Origin: Anaerohalosphaeraceae bacterium
Lineage (GTDB): Bacteria > Planctomycetota > Phycisphaerae > Sedimentisphaerales > Anaerohalosphaeraceae
Length of the DNA stretch: 64,000 bases
Reading direction: 5' to 3'
NCBI GenBank assembly: GCA_963675525.2
Contig: CAXXSL010000016.1
Span: forward strand, 128,001-192,000
The first letter of the stretch is position 1, and each line of letters begins with the position of its first letter. Positions 50,974 to 61,404 of the stretch are shown here, piece after piece. The position numbers were made by a program, and so were the translations under genes. A model generated the notes under the pieces. The model was not told the origin of the DNA, ran no database searches, and worked only from the letters and a program-made list of their open reading frames with translations.

Positions 50974-51594
50974 TTACACATACACTTTGCGTCGCCGCAG
51001 CCATCCCACGAAAAAAGTACCTATTCCCGCAAGGACTAACGCGCCCGGAACCGGGACAGGGTTAATCATGATCAATTGATCCTGTACGAAACCCCCGTAG
51101 ACCTGACCGTCAAAATATTTGAATAGGTTGGCTATCCGAACATCGCCCAAACCGGACCACACTCCACTGGATACAGCACTGTTTGCGATTGTCACATAGC
51201 TGTTGCTTGTGGTAATTTCACCTTCAATAAACCAAATCGCATCCTGAATTTTACGCTGGTCCTGAAAAGCAGCGTCACCTGTTGCATACTTGGTATAAAG
51301 GTAGGCCGAACGAGCATCCAGCGTATCCGGGCTTCCACCGCCAATACCGCCGTCAAGAGCTTCTGTATTCAACACCGCATAGTACTTGCTGCCCGGTTTA
51401 AAATATTCATCTCTTTCGACGCAAAAGGTTAAATCCTTAAGAATCGTTCCGGCCGCATATCCGGCAAAGCCGTCTTCGAGAATCTTCATTGAGTAGGCCG
51501 GCGTAGAATCATATAACATCTGAATGGTTTCAGCTCCAAAGGCCGGAAAAGCAAAAAAAGCCGAAAATGCGCACACCAAGATTATCTTTTTCAT
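50974..51594 (-). CDS. PEP-CTERM-type sorted surface protein
   Basis: Signal peptide; TFCVE and QDAIW motifs; C-terminus VPVPGA-TM-RRRK. Confidence 0.82.
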   Translation of the reverse strand: MKKIILVCAFSAFFAFPAFGAETIQMLYDSTPAYSMKILEDGFAGYAAGTILKDLTFCVERDEYFKPGSKYYAVLNTEALDGGIGGGSPDTLDARSAYLYTKYATGDAAFQDQRKIQDAIWFIEGEITTSNSYVTIANSAVSSGVWSGLGDVRIANLFKYFDGQVYGGFVQDQLIMINPVPVPGALVLAGIGTFFVGWLRRRKVYV

Positions 51595-51943
51595 AGTTTT
51601 CTCCCTTCATTTTTTATCTTACTCTTTTCCGTTTTCATATTCTCGGTTTCAACAGAAAACGGACATTTAAATCTTTATTTCTTTACATCCAAAGCCAAGC
51701 AGGGTTCACACCTTTTTCTAAAATAAAAATAAAAAACTGTGGGAAAATCCTTGCCCCCTGCATCACTGAAAGGAACCCTTTCAGTGATAGCGATGATATA
51801 AACACTACTCTAAAACATCCTTTATAACATAAAAAGCTGTGTTTATCAACCCAAAAAGGGGAATTGGAGGCCTTTTTAAAAAAAACCGCGTAGGGTTGTA
51901 TGGATTCTGAGGCTTGTGCAATTTGTGTAAAACATAAACGCTC

Positions 51944-51977
51944 AAAAAAAAGGCAGGTTCAATTAAGAGCCTGCCTT
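51944..51977 (-). terminator. Intrinsic terminator
   Basis: Minus strand AAGGCAGGCTC-TTAATT-GAACCTGCCTT plus T run. Confidence 0.75.
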
Positions 51978-51998
51978 AACGTCTTTTTAACAGTGTGA

Positions 51999-53378
51999 TC
52001 AATGATCAACAGGTTCGCCGAGAAGGCCCTTCAATTCACCAAATTTTTCTTCGAGCATCTCGGCGGTTTTGGCCTCAACATTCATCCGCAACAGCGGTTC
52101 GGTATTACTGGGCCGGACATTAAACCACCAGTCCTTGAACTGAACGGTGACGCCATCCAGATCGTCAACCTGCCCCTGACTGTACTTGCGGGACAGCTCC
52201 TTCATCATGGTGTTTTTGTCGTCCACTTCAAAATTCACTTCGCCGCTGTTGAAATAGCGTTTCAGCGGAGCAATCAACTGACTGGCCAGGGTGTCTGTTG
52301 CGCCCAGGATATTCAGCATGTGCACCAGCGTAATCATGCCGGAGTCGGCATAGAAATTGTCCCGATAATAAAAATGACCGCTTAATTCGCCGCCAAAGCA
52401 GGCATGGCTGTCCCGCAGTGTCTTCTTCATAAACGAATGACCAACCCGTTCACGCCGAGGTGTTCCGCCGTATTTGAGAATTTCTTCCTGCAAGACGTGG
52501 CTGCTGCGAAGGTCATAAACAATTGTCGAGCCGGGATTCGTCTTTAGAAAATACGGAACCATCAGCGCCGTCATAATATCACATGACACGGTATCGCCCT
52601 TTTCATCCACCATCATCAGCCGATCCGCGTCACCGTCAAAACAGAATCCAAAATCTGCCTTCTTTTTAACTACTGTTTTTTTCAACTCTGCGAGATTTGC
52701 CTCTACCAACGGATTCGGGTCATGCTTAAATGTCCCGTCATGTTTAAGATTTAATCCGATCAGTTCCACACCTTTCAGGTCACCGAAAATAATCGGCACC
52801 ATTTTGCCGGCCATGCCGTTACTGGCGTCGATCACCATCTTGATCGGTCTGAGCTTTTCTTCGAGGAACTTCAGAACATGTGCCTTGTATTCCTTTGACA
52901 GATCGCAATGCTCGACCGAACCGTCGGGGCGCCCCTTAGTGTGCAGCAGTGCGGTGGCAATATGTTTGACATCATTGAGTCCGGTGTCTGCCCCAACGGG
53001 TTTGGCCAACTGGCCGGAAATCTTGAACCCGTTATATTCAGCCGGATTATGGCTGGCAGTCACCTGCACGCCGCCGCAGGTTCCCAAATGGTTAATCGCA
53101 AAGTACATCTGAGGCGTGTCGATCATGCCCACATCAATGACGTTGGCGCCTGTGGCATTCATGCCCTCGATCAAGGCTTTCGTCAACGACGGACCGTGGG
53201 TCCGCATGTCATGACCGACGCAAATGCTCTGGGCATTGGCCAATCCGCGATTATAACCGTGCAGCATCGACCGCAGGAACTGGGCGGTGGCATGACCAAT
53301 CTTCCAGGCCGCCTGCTCGTCCAGTTGATCCGGGTAAAGCCCGCGAATATCATACGCTTTAAAAATCTTGGGATCCAT
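51999..53378 (-). CDS. Phosphomannomutase/phosphoglucomutase
   Basis: FKAYDIRG, TASHNP, FDGDADR, GELSGH, RPSNTEP. Confidence 0.95.
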   Translation of the reverse strand: MDPKIFKAYDIRGLYPDQLDEQAAWKIGHATAQFLRSMLHGYNRGLANAQSICVGHDMRTHGPSLTKALIEGMNATGANVIDVGMIDTPQMYFAINHLGTCGGVQVTASHNPAEYNGFKISGQLAKPVGADTGLNDVKHIATALLHTKGRPDGSVEHCDLSKEYKAHVLKFLEEKLRPIKMVIDASNGMAGKMVPIIFGDLKGVELIGLNLKHDGTFKHDPNPLVEANLAELKKTVVKKKADFGFCFDGDADRLMMVDEKGDTVSCDIMTALMVPYFLKTNPGSTIVYDLRSSHVLQEEILKYGGTPRRERVGHSFMKKTLRDSHACFGGELSGHFYYRDNFYADSGMITLVHMLNILGATDTLASQLIAPLKRYFNSGEVNFEVDDKNTMMKELSRKYSQGQVDDLDGVTVQFKDWWFNVRPSNTEPLLRMNVEAKTAEMLEEKFGELKGLLGEPVDH

Positions 53379-53475
53379 ACTTTCAACTCCGATTCAAATT
53401 CGTTCGTTCATTTTTTCACAAGAAAGGCTTTTAGTCTAAGCGCAAAGCCCTAAACTGTCAACAAAACTCCCGAAA

Positions 53476-54429
53476 TCAATAGGCCTGCAACAGCAAAAAA
53501 ATCCCATAAAGCCCTAACAGAATCGCTCCTTCCCAGCGATCCAATTTGTGCCGTTTCCCGGTAAACATACAGAGAAACAGGATTCCCGCCGCCACAATTC
53601 CGGTCAGGAGACTAACAACCAGTTCGGCCGACACCGCCAACGGGCGAATAATTGAACTGATACCGAGAATAAAAAAGACATTGAATATATTGGAACCCAC
53701 GACATTGCCGACGGCGATATCCGCTTTTTTCTTCCACGCCGCGACAACAGAGGTTGCCAGTTCGGGCAGGCTTGTTCCCACGGCCACCACTGTCGCCGCG
53801 ATAAAGGCCTCGCTAAGCCCGGCCGCTGTGGCCAGCCTAACCGCACCTTCAACCACGGCTTTGCCCCCGGCAATCAACAGCGCCAACCCGGCCGCAATCA
53901 TCAGAATGGTCTTCACCGGGGAAATCGACATCCCATGCGAATGTTCCGAAAGGCCAGGCAATTCATGCGAAATGCCGACGGTGTAATACAGGAAAATAAC
54001 AAAGAATCCCAACAGCGAGATGCCTTCGGAACGGCTTAAAACCGAGATTTTCACTCCGTCAAGAAAAGAGTCCATGCAAAAAGCCGCCAATACCAAAGAA
54101 GCCAAAAAACACAGCGGGATTTCTTTCCAGACCGTTCCCCGTTCCACCTGCAAAGGATTGATTAACGCCGAAATGCCGAGAATCAGCAGGATATTGGCAA
54201 TGTTGCTGCCGGTTATGTTGCCGATTGCCAGCGCCGGCTGATTTTCAAACGCCGCAAAAACGTTGACGGTTAACTCCGGCAGGCTCGTCCCGAACGCCAC
54301 CACCGTCAAACCAATCGCCAGCTCTGACACCCGCAGCCGCCGGGCAATGGCACAGGCCCCATCAACCAGCCAGACCGCCCCGACGATAACACCTGCCAGC
54401 CCCGCAATCAGCAGTAACGCAGCCGCCAT
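53476..54429 (-). CDS. Calcium/sodium antiporter (YrbG family)
   Basis: Two GTSLPEL and GN..GSNI.N alpha repeats. Confidence 0.92.
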   Translation of the reverse strand: MAAALLLIAGLAGVIVGAVWLVDGACAIARRLRVSELAIGLTVVAFGTSLPELTVNVFAAFENQPALAIGNITGSNIANILLILGISALINPLQVERGTVWKEIPLCFLASLVLAAFCMDSFLDGVKISVLSRSEGISLLGFFVIFLYYTVGISHELPGLSEHSHGMSISPVKTILMIAAGLALLIAGGKAVVEGAVRLATAAGLSEAFIAATVVAVGTSLPELATSVVAAWKKKADIAVGNVVGSNIFNVFFILGISSIIRPLAVSAELVVSLLTGIVAAGILFLCMFTGKRHKLDRWEGAILLGLYGIFLLLQAY

Positions 54430-54439
54430 AAAAACCTCG

Positions 54440-54907
54440 CTAATCTTCTACCGGCGCTGCTTTTCCTTGTTCAACAAAACGCAGCACATCCAGACGCACT
54501 TCCTCAAGCTTCAAGCCCAGATTACCAAGAATCTGTGCGCCCCGGCCCTCTTTTTCATACAGCAGCGCTAGCAACAGATGCTCAGTGCCGATATAACCGT
54601 GCTTGAGCTTACGGGCTTCCTCGACCGCATCGTCAAGTAACTCATTGGCATGGCGGGTTCGGGGTAAGGCGGGAAGTTTTTCGTCGATTTCCGGACTACC
54701 TGGGACAACCAATCTTTTGACCTCTTGTTTAGCGTGTTTCAGGTCAATATTCCGATGTGCAAGAATATCGGCCCCCACGCCCGTTTTAACCTCAAGCAAC
54801 CCCAGCAGGATATGCTCGGTACCGATGTGATCATGATGAAACTTCTGGGCTTCCTGCCGTGCATGAGCCAAGACCTCACGTGCGTGGTCGGTGTACTGCT
54901 CAAACAT
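54440..54907 (-). CDS. Stand-alone Clp N-terminal (Clp-R) domain protein
   Basis: Two IGTEH(I/L)LL repeats; stop after 155 aa; no AAA+ module. Confidence 0.88.
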   Translation of the reverse strand: MFEQYTDHAREVLAHARQEAQKFHHDHIGTEHILLGLLEVKTGVGADILAHRNIDLKHAKQEVKRLVVPGSPEIDEKLPALPRTRHANELLDDAVEEARKLKHGYIGTEHLLLALLYEKEGRGAQILGNLGLKLEEVRLDVLRFVEQGKAAPVED

Positions 54908-55181
54908 CTGACTCTCCTGATGTAAAATAGGGCTATAATTCTATTTAGCTGATTCGTCGGGATATTGTACAATGCCGGGGCAAATTTGCAATCTCCTTTT
55001 TTATCCCCCCAAGGAGGCAAATATACTGTAAGCCTTCCGAAATGCCGGTCTAATCAAGGCGGTACCTATTAAATTCCAAAATCTTCTTTTTACTTGCAAA
55101 CAACCGGATTTTGACTATATTGTCAAAATTCGTTAATTACTTAAAAAACTAGGTTTTTTGTTCAAAACTACAGGTGAGAGA

Positions 55182-57401
55182 ATGAGTTTAGTCAAATGGA
55201 TCCGAAAAAACAATCGTAAGATCATGGTTTTTGTCGTTATCTTCTGTATGATCGCCTTCGTCGTCGGCTATACCGGATTGCAGATCATTTCCAGCGTATT
55301 CGACCCCGGCAGACAGGCTGTCGCTCATTATGATAACGGTCAAAAAAAGATGCGAATCAACGACCTCAGGGCGGCAAATAACGAATTGTCCATACTTCGC
55401 ATGCTCCACTCGGACCAAATAACGGCCTCCCAGGGATTATCCGGGGCGCTTCTGTCCCGTCTGATCTTTCCGGAATCCCCGCTGGCTAACGAGATGGCTT
55501 CTCAATTAAAGCAGCTCGTCCAGCAAGGTCAACTGGCGCTGAGCCTTGAAGAATTGAACGCTTACTTTAACCAACAGCCGGAACGTCCGGAAAACCTCTG
55601 GATCCTTCTGAAAGCAGAAGCCTACAGGGCCGGGACGATCGTTTCGAGTGAACAGGCCAAAGATGTGTTGCGAAATATTGTTCCTCAGATGATGGGCATT
55701 GATGCGGCCCAATTGGTCGCACAAATTATCCGCCAGAACAACCTGACCGAAGAACAGGTTATCCGTACATTTGCCGATTTGTTAAGCATCCTTGAGTATG
55801 CCAACACCGTCATTAATAATGAGGCGGTCACACTGAATCAGATCAAGGCTTCTATCGGGCGCAGCAAAGAACGTCTGGACGCCGAATTCGTTCGGATCCC
55901 TGCCGGGTTGTTCGTGGATGAAAACGCCGCTGTATCGGACGCCGATATTCAAAAACAGTTTGAGGCCTTCAAGACATTTATGCCGAATAACCCGACTGGG
56001 GATAATCCTTTCGGCTTCGGCTACCGGCAGCCTAAACGCGTTCAAGTGGAATATATGGTGATCAAGACCGACGATGTGAAGGCGCAGATCGATGCGCCAA
56101 CCAGCGAAGCCATGGAAAACTATTACAGCCAGAATATTCAGCAATTCCAGCAACAGATACCCATTGACCCCAACAATCCGGAGTCTGAAAAAACCACTGT
56201 TGTTCGTCCGTACGCTGAGGTACAGCGGGAAATTCGCCAGATCATCGAAAATGAGAAAGTCCGTAATCTGGCATCGCTTATTTTCAATGAAATGAAAAAC
56301 ATCACGGAGTTGGGATTTGAAAAAATTTCCTTCGATGAAGCCTCGGCCGATCAGCTTCAGATGGCGGCGGGCGATTATGAAGCTACCGGGCAGGAAATTC
56401 TGAAAAAATTCCAGGTGCCGGTCACTGTCGGCAAAACAGGCTGGTTGTCGGCTGAGGATTTCCAGCAGAAAGAAATCTTAAGAACGATGCGGTTGCAGAC
56501 CCAGCAGCGCAATCCGATCAAACTTCTGGATCTGGTATTTATCGCCAGTCCGGAAGCCAAACAAACCGCTCGGCATATCGGACTGCCGACCATTCGACTC
56601 TGGCAGAATATCGGCCCGGTCGAAGGGTATGCTCAGGAACAACAAAAATTTCATCCTTTGTTGGTCTTGGTTCGCGTTATCGGGATTGAGGATGCGGCGG
56701 TTCCGGAAAGTGTGGATGTCAGCTTTGATACAAAAGGTATTGCGCTCTTCGAGGACCCTGATGCCCAACACAGCTTTTCATTAAAAGAGTACGTCAAAGA
56801 AGACCTTCTGCTGGTAAAGGCCATGGAAACCGCCAAAGCCCGCACCGAAGAACTGAACAATCTCATAGAGAGCAAAGGCTGGGATGAAGCAGTCAAGAGC
56901 TACAACGCCACGTATGCTAAAGACGGAGGCGACGAAGAACCGAAGGATCAGGAAATACAACTGGAAAAGGCCGAACAGCAGCTTCGTGCCTCGGCGGCGG
57001 AAGTCGCATTCGCCAAAAAATATATCCAGGAGAATCCCGCTACTGCCATATACATGCAGCAGCGCATCGTCGCCGACATGCTGATCGAGCAGTTTTATAA
57101 CCTGCTTCCGGATGGTTCCGATTCGACCGGGGCAATCCATCAGATACTTGCTTTTGAGCCGGAAGCAGCATATTATGTGATCAAAGAAGTGGTTCGTCAG
57201 CCGGCCACCATATCCGACTATCTGGATAACAAAGCAAACACCGCCCTTCAGTTGAATATGCAGGATGCCCCCGTGTCGGCAATGATGCTTTTTGCCCCGG
57301 ATAACATTTTGAAGCGAATGAACTATCAGCCCAAAATTGAAAACGAAGTAGAATCATTGGATGAAACTATAGACGAAGTTACAGCTGAACAGAAAGAATA
57401 A
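55182..57401 (+). CDS. SurA/PpiD-like membrane-anchored chaperone
   Basis: WIRKN..K N-terminal TM, RVQVEY, YYSQN..QF, PYAEVQREI. Confidence 0.65.
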   Translation: MSLVKWIRKNNRKIMVFVVIFCMIAFVVGYTGLQIISSVFDPGRQAVAHYDNGQKKMRINDLRAANNELSILRMLHSDQITASQGLSGALLSRLIFPESPLANEMASQLKQLVQQGQLALSLEELNAYFNQQPERPENLWILLKAEAYRAGTIVSSEQAKDVLRNIVPQMMGIDAAQLVAQIIRQNNLTEEQVIRTFADLLSILEYANTVINNEAVTLNQIKASIGRSKERLDAEFVRIPAGLFVDENAAVSDADIQKQFEAFKTFMPNNPTGDNPFGFGYRQPKRVQVEYMVIKTDDVKAQIDAPTSEAMENYYSQNIQQFQQQIPIDPNNPESEKTTVVRPYAEVQREIRQIIENEKVRNLASLIFNEMKNITELGFEKISFDEASADQLQMAAGDYEATGQEILKKFQVPVTVGKTGWLSAEDFQQKEILRTMRLQTQQRNPIKLLDLVFIASPEAKQTARHIGLPTIRLWQNIGPVEGYAQEQQKFHPLLVLVRVIGIEDAAVPESVDVSFDTKGIALFEDPDAQHSFSLKEYVKEDLLLVKAMETAKARTEELNNLIESKGWDEAVKSYNATYAKDGGDEEPKDQEIQLEKAEQQLRASAAEVAFAKKYIQENPATAIYMQQRIVADMLIEQFYNLLPDGSDSTGAIHQILAFEPEAAYYVIKEVVRQPATISDYLDNKANTALQLNMQDAPVSAMMLFAPDNILKRMNYQPKIENEVESLDETIDEVTAEQKE

Positions 57402-57409
57402 ATGATATC

Positions 57410-57871
57410 ATGAATTCGAACCGTTCAAGTGCTGATCAGGGATTGAGGTTGATCATTGTCGCCCTTGTCGCCTGGGTCATTCCCGGAGCCGGTCATTTTC
57501 TGATAAAAGAACGCAAACGCGCCGTCATCATCTTCGTAACACTCACCGCTTTGTTTCTTTCAGGCCTCTATATCGGCTCGATCAGTGTCGTTAATCATGT
57601 GAACTCCAGACTCTGGTTTTTGCCGCAAATACTGTATTCGCCTGCGGTCGGGCTGCTGTCTCAAAAAGTCCAGGCCGGATTTACCGACGACAACGGCAAT
57701 CATATGGAATACAACTGTTACGGGCGTCCCTGTGACATCGGGCAGATCTATACGGGTGTGGCGGGCCTTTTGAACCTGCTCTGTATTTTGAGTGCGGTGT
57801 ATATGGCTTACTGCGGCCGCGGACAATTGATCGGCCGCGAAGAAGAACAGGAGGAGCAGGGGCATGCATGA
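57410..57871 (+). CDS. Membrane protein (DUF6677-like)
   Basis: AWVIPGAGH, YTGVAGLLNLL. Confidence 0.7.
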   Translation: MNSNRSSADQGLRLIIVALVAWVIPGAGHFLIKERKRAVIIFVTLTALFLSGLYIGSISVVNHVNSRLWFLPQILYSPAVGLLSQKVQAGFTDDNGNHMEYNCYGRPCDIGQIYTGVAGLLNLLCILSAVYMAYCGRGQLIGREEEQEEQGHA

Positions 57872-58112
57872 CTTTTCTCCGATCCTTGCGGCGTTTACGG
57901 CCCCGCTTAATGTCCAGACTGACTGGGTCTCAATGCTCTACATGTTTCCGCTTCTGGCTGCGATTACCATCATTTATAAAGCTACTAAAATGCGGGTGCT
58001 TTTCTGGAAGCAGTTGGCCGTCGAATCGGTGGTCCTCTTCCTGGCCGTCAGCGGATTTATGATTGGCGCCGTCATTGTCCTGAATCTGATCACTTGGCTG
58101 ATTACAAGCTAA
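57864..58112 (+). CDS. Small membrane protein
   Basis: PLLAAITIIYKATK; overlaps the upstream gene by 8 bp. Confidence 0.7.
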   Translation: MHDFSPILAAFTAPLNVQTDWVSMLYMFPLLAAITIIYKATKMRVLFWKQLAVESVVLFLAVSGFMIGAVIVLNLITWLITS

Positions 58113-58118
58113 GACGCC

Positions 58119-58826
58119 TCAGCTCTCCGTGGACACCTTGTCCTCGATGAGTTTCAGTTCGAGCAGAGCGTTATAGGCGGCCTTTTGTTCCGCGTCTTTT
58201 TTAGTTATCCCCCAGGCACCCGGGTATCGGTAGTGTTTGATCACCACGGCCACTTCAAAGCATTTGTTGTGGTCCGGCCCCTTTTCGTCCAGCAGCTGAT
58301 ACATCGGCGTTAGATTGAATTCTTTCTGGCAGTATTGCTGCAGGAGAGATTTAAAGTTTTCCTGATGCTGCTTCGCATCGGCATCATCAATCAGCGGATC
58401 AAAAACACTTAAAATAAACGTCTCGGCCGCATCTATTCCACCATCCAAAAAAATGGCACAAATGACCGCTTCCAGGACCGCCGCCGCAATCGAACCGGAC
58501 ATCGCCCGGGTCCGATCCATTCCCTTGCCCACACGAACATAATCCGGAAGCCCCATGTTGTTGGCGATGAGTGCACAAGTCTTTCGCGAAACCAGACGGC
58601 TTTTAATCTTTGTCAGGTCCCCCTCCAGATAATCCGGATAACGTATAAAGAGAGTTTTGCAAATCACCAGTGACAGCACGGAATCGCCCATGAACTCAAA
58701 TCGTTCATTGCTGCTGAGGCGATCGTCGGCCAGAGAGGAATGCATCAGCGCTTCATCGAGTAATACGGGGTTTTTGAATTGATACTGCAAAAGCGACTGC
58801 ACCTGCCGCAGGGTCTCTGTGTCCAT
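58119..58826 (-). CDS. rnc: Ribonuclease III
   Basis: NERFEFMGDSVL; dsRBD NFKSLLQQ..GPDH..KKDAEQKAA. Confidence 0.95.
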   Translation of the reverse strand: MDTETLRQVQSLLQYQFKNPVLLDEALMHSSLADDRLSSNERFEFMGDSVLSLVICKTLFIRYPDYLEGDLTKIKSRLVSRKTCALIANNMGLPDYVRVGKGMDRTRAMSGSIAAAVLEAVICAIFLDGGIDAAETFILSVFDPLIDDADAKQHQENFKSLLQQYCQKEFNLTPMYQLLDEKGPDHNKCFEVAVVIKHYRYPGAWGITKKDAEQKAAYNALLELKLIEDKVSTES

Positions 58827-58991
58827 CAACTTCTCCAGATTGCCGTTGTACAAGCAGATTGCGAACGCCGCCTTCAATGAGCGATGTTCGAAATGTGCTT
58901 GCGATTCATTAAAACAGAACAATTATTATATCATAAACAGACCGGTTGTCAAGCATTAACCGACCTGTTGCGTTTAAGGCTCAATATCAAT

Positions 58992-59327
58992 TTAGTTGAC
59001 CATTTGCAGTGAAGCCAGAGCAATAAACTGATCTTCTACAAAATCAAATACAGTGTCCAGACCGGTCACCGAAAATATGGACCTCGTTTTGGGCTGAACA
59101 GAAGATAAAACCAGTTTCTGACCATTGTCGCACAAGCTTTTTCGGAGTTTCAGTAACTTTGCGATACTGGACGATGTGACGATATCTACATCGGCAAAGT
59201 CCACAACAACGTCAACATCTCTATCGTCGTTTACCAGCGAGACAACCGTCTGCAACTCTTCGCTCATATCCGGCTCTTTGGCAAGATTGACCAGAATGAT
59301 CTCTTCGGACCAGTTTTGAATACCCAT
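58992..59327 (-). CDS. STAS-domain anti-sigma-factor antagonist
   Basis: VVVDFADVDIVTSSSIAKL, IFSVTGLD. Confidence 0.88.
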   Translation of the reverse strand: MGIQNWSEEIILVNLAKEPDMSEELQTVVSLVNDDRDVDVVVDFADVDIVTSSSIAKLLKLRKSLCDNGQKLVLSSVQPKTRSIFSVTGLDTVFDFVEDQFIALASLQMVN

Positions 59328-59638
59328 ACGAATCTCCTGCATATATCAAAGATTATTTTTCTGTGAGACATATCGGCATTGAAATCGCTGAAATTAATGT
59401 AAAAACCTTAAAAATGCCTTTTTTAAAGCTGAATACGAATTATTTATGGAAAATCCGCCATCACCCGCCTCTTTGAAACAAGATTTTTTTATCTTGAATT
59501 AAGCGACTTATCGGACTTTTTCAGGATTGCCCACCGGATCGCCTTGCCTGGACCTCTCATTTCGATTATAATGAAACAATAATAAGGATTTCGAATTTTA
59601 TCCTGAATTGGGGGCCTAAAAACATCGAAACTAATAAA

Positions 59639-61195
59639 ATGATCTTTCGATTGTTATTTTTCAGAAAGGCAGGCTGCGGCGTGAGATCCCAAAAACGTTT
59701 TTTCATAAATGTGTGTTGTCTTCTTTTTCTTATCGGGTTTTCCGTATTAGCCAGCGCCGAAACCGTCAATTGGCAAGGCCCGGCGGGAATCATCTTTAAA
59801 AATGTTCACTATCCCGACAAGCAGCAGACAAAGACGCCTGAGTCGTTTTCGCTTTTCAGTGCGCCGGCCGAAGCAACCGACACTGCCCCTTACCCGGTAC
59901 CCCCACTGGCGGGTTTTTCACCTTTGATCGTCATTGCAACATCAGATAAATATACTTTGAGTGATGACACTTATGAGCATGTACTTCAAAGCAGTTACGT
60001 CGGAAATCCCTTAAATCCACCGCTCGCAGAAAATTATATCGTAGGGATTTATGACAGCGGAGCAGAGGTTGACCTCTTTGCCGGAAGTCACGCTGTCACA
60101 CTTGGATTAACCGGTTCGAAATTAACCGGCAGTTCCTTTCCGATCGGAGGTGTCGGCGGCACAATTGACGCGACAATCTCCGAACCCGTAGGAATATTCG
60201 CCGGAAGCCTGGGGCTGATCCAGTCAAACGGATTGCTTAACAGCAGCGGACTTGTCGGACACTCAAACGTGGAAGCTATCGTTTCACCTGCGATTTCCTG
60301 TGATTCCGGTGAATCTATCAGCGGTGTTGTCGGAACTCCTTTCATCAGCTTTTATACAGCGGTTATCCGCAATGACTATATTCATAAAGTATTCTTCGAT
60401 GGTCAGAATCTGGCCGGCCCCGATGTTGAAATCCTCGACCCTGAGGATCCGTCCATTCCTGACTATTCTCACAAGATAGCCATGAGTCTCAGCGGGTTGG
60501 CAACAACTGCCAACTACTATCCTGACGAGATATTTGGCTTTCCGACCGGATTAGCTTTTCCAACATTACTTTCCATCGCAGGAGGATCACTTCCTACGGG
60601 CGGAAAATTTGTCGCAACAATTTATGTGTTGGAAGGAACCCCCGGACCCACGAATATCATTCAGCCCATGAAAGTGATGGTGGATACCGGCGCCCAAAGC
60701 TCGATCATGACTTACGGCATGGCTGCCAATTTAAGTTTGCCCCTGCAAGGTGACTTTACCGTTGATATATGCGGTGTGGGCGGAACCGAACCCAATATCC
60801 CGGGGTATTTCGTGGATTATGTCAAGATCAACGCTCTGGGCGGTGCATTGGAATTCTCAAATGCTCCGTTTGTCGTCGTCGATCTGCCGCTGCAGGACGC
60901 ATCGGGAAATTATTTAGACGGCGTTCTGGGTATGAACTTTTTCTGGAATCGTAATATAGTTTTTGCTCCGAATCTGTTTGGCAGCGGTTTTCTGGAAGTT
61001 TCCGACCCGGTGCCTTACGGGAATGCGGATTTTGATTTTAACGGGACTGTCAACCTCATCGATTTTTCCATGCTGGCGTCGGCCTGGGCCGGCCAGCAAA
61101 CGGAGCCGGAATACCTGCCAGTTTGTGATCTGTACCTTGACGGGATGATCGACATGCAGGACCTTGAGGCCTTTATGGCACACTGGCTGGAGTGA
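59639..61195 (+). CDS. Secreted aspartyl-protease-like protein with dockerin-like C-terminus
   Basis: YDSGA..GVVG and VDTGA..GVLG lobes; DFDFNGTVNLIDF and DLYLDGMIDMQDL. Confidence 0.78.
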   Translation: MIFRLLFFRKAGCGVRSQKRFFINVCCLLFLIGFSVLASAETVNWQGPAGIIFKNVHYPDKQQTKTPESFSLFSAPAEATDTAPYPVPPLAGFSPLIVIATSDKYTLSDDTYEHVLQSSYVGNPLNPPLAENYIVGIYDSGAEVDLFAGSHAVTLGLTGSKLTGSSFPIGGVGGTIDATISEPVGIFAGSLGLIQSNGLLNSSGLVGHSNVEAIVSPAISCDSGESISGVVGTPFISFYTAVIRNDYIHKVFFDGQNLAGPDVEILDPEDPSIPDYSHKIAMSLSGLATTANYYPDEIFGFPTGLAFPTLLSIAGGSLPTGGKFVATIYVLEGTPGPTNIIQPMKVMVDTGAQSSIMTYGMAANLSLPLQGDFTVDICGVGGTEPNIPGYFVDYVKINALGGALEFSNAPFVVVDLPLQDASGNYLDGVLGMNFFWNRNIVFAPNLFGSGFLEVSDPVPYGNADFDFNGTVNLIDFSMLASAWAGQQTEPEYLPVCDLYLDGMIDMQDLEAFMAHWLE

Positions 61196-61404
61196 TCAAC
61201 CGGTCTCCTGTCTTGTTGCCTATATTGCTCCCGGAGGTTCGCGACAGCAAGATGAACATGATTGATCTGTCGGCCATGAGTGCGGCGTGGATGACGACCA
61301 ATGCCAACGCTGACATCGCCCCGCTGGGCAATCCGGACCGGACGGTTGATCTTAATGACCTGCTGGTACTGGCGGACTATTGGCTGGAAGACATCAATCC
61401 CTGA
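61192..61404 (+). pseudogene. Orphan dockerin-like fragment
   Basis: MIDLSAMSAAW..ADIAP..DRTVDLNDLLVLADYWL. Confidence 0.5.

Noticed and set aside
51740..51800. c-di-GMP-I riboswitch upstream of the PEP-CTERM gene
   Set aside because: Lacks the GGCAAA...GAAA...GACGCAAAG core.
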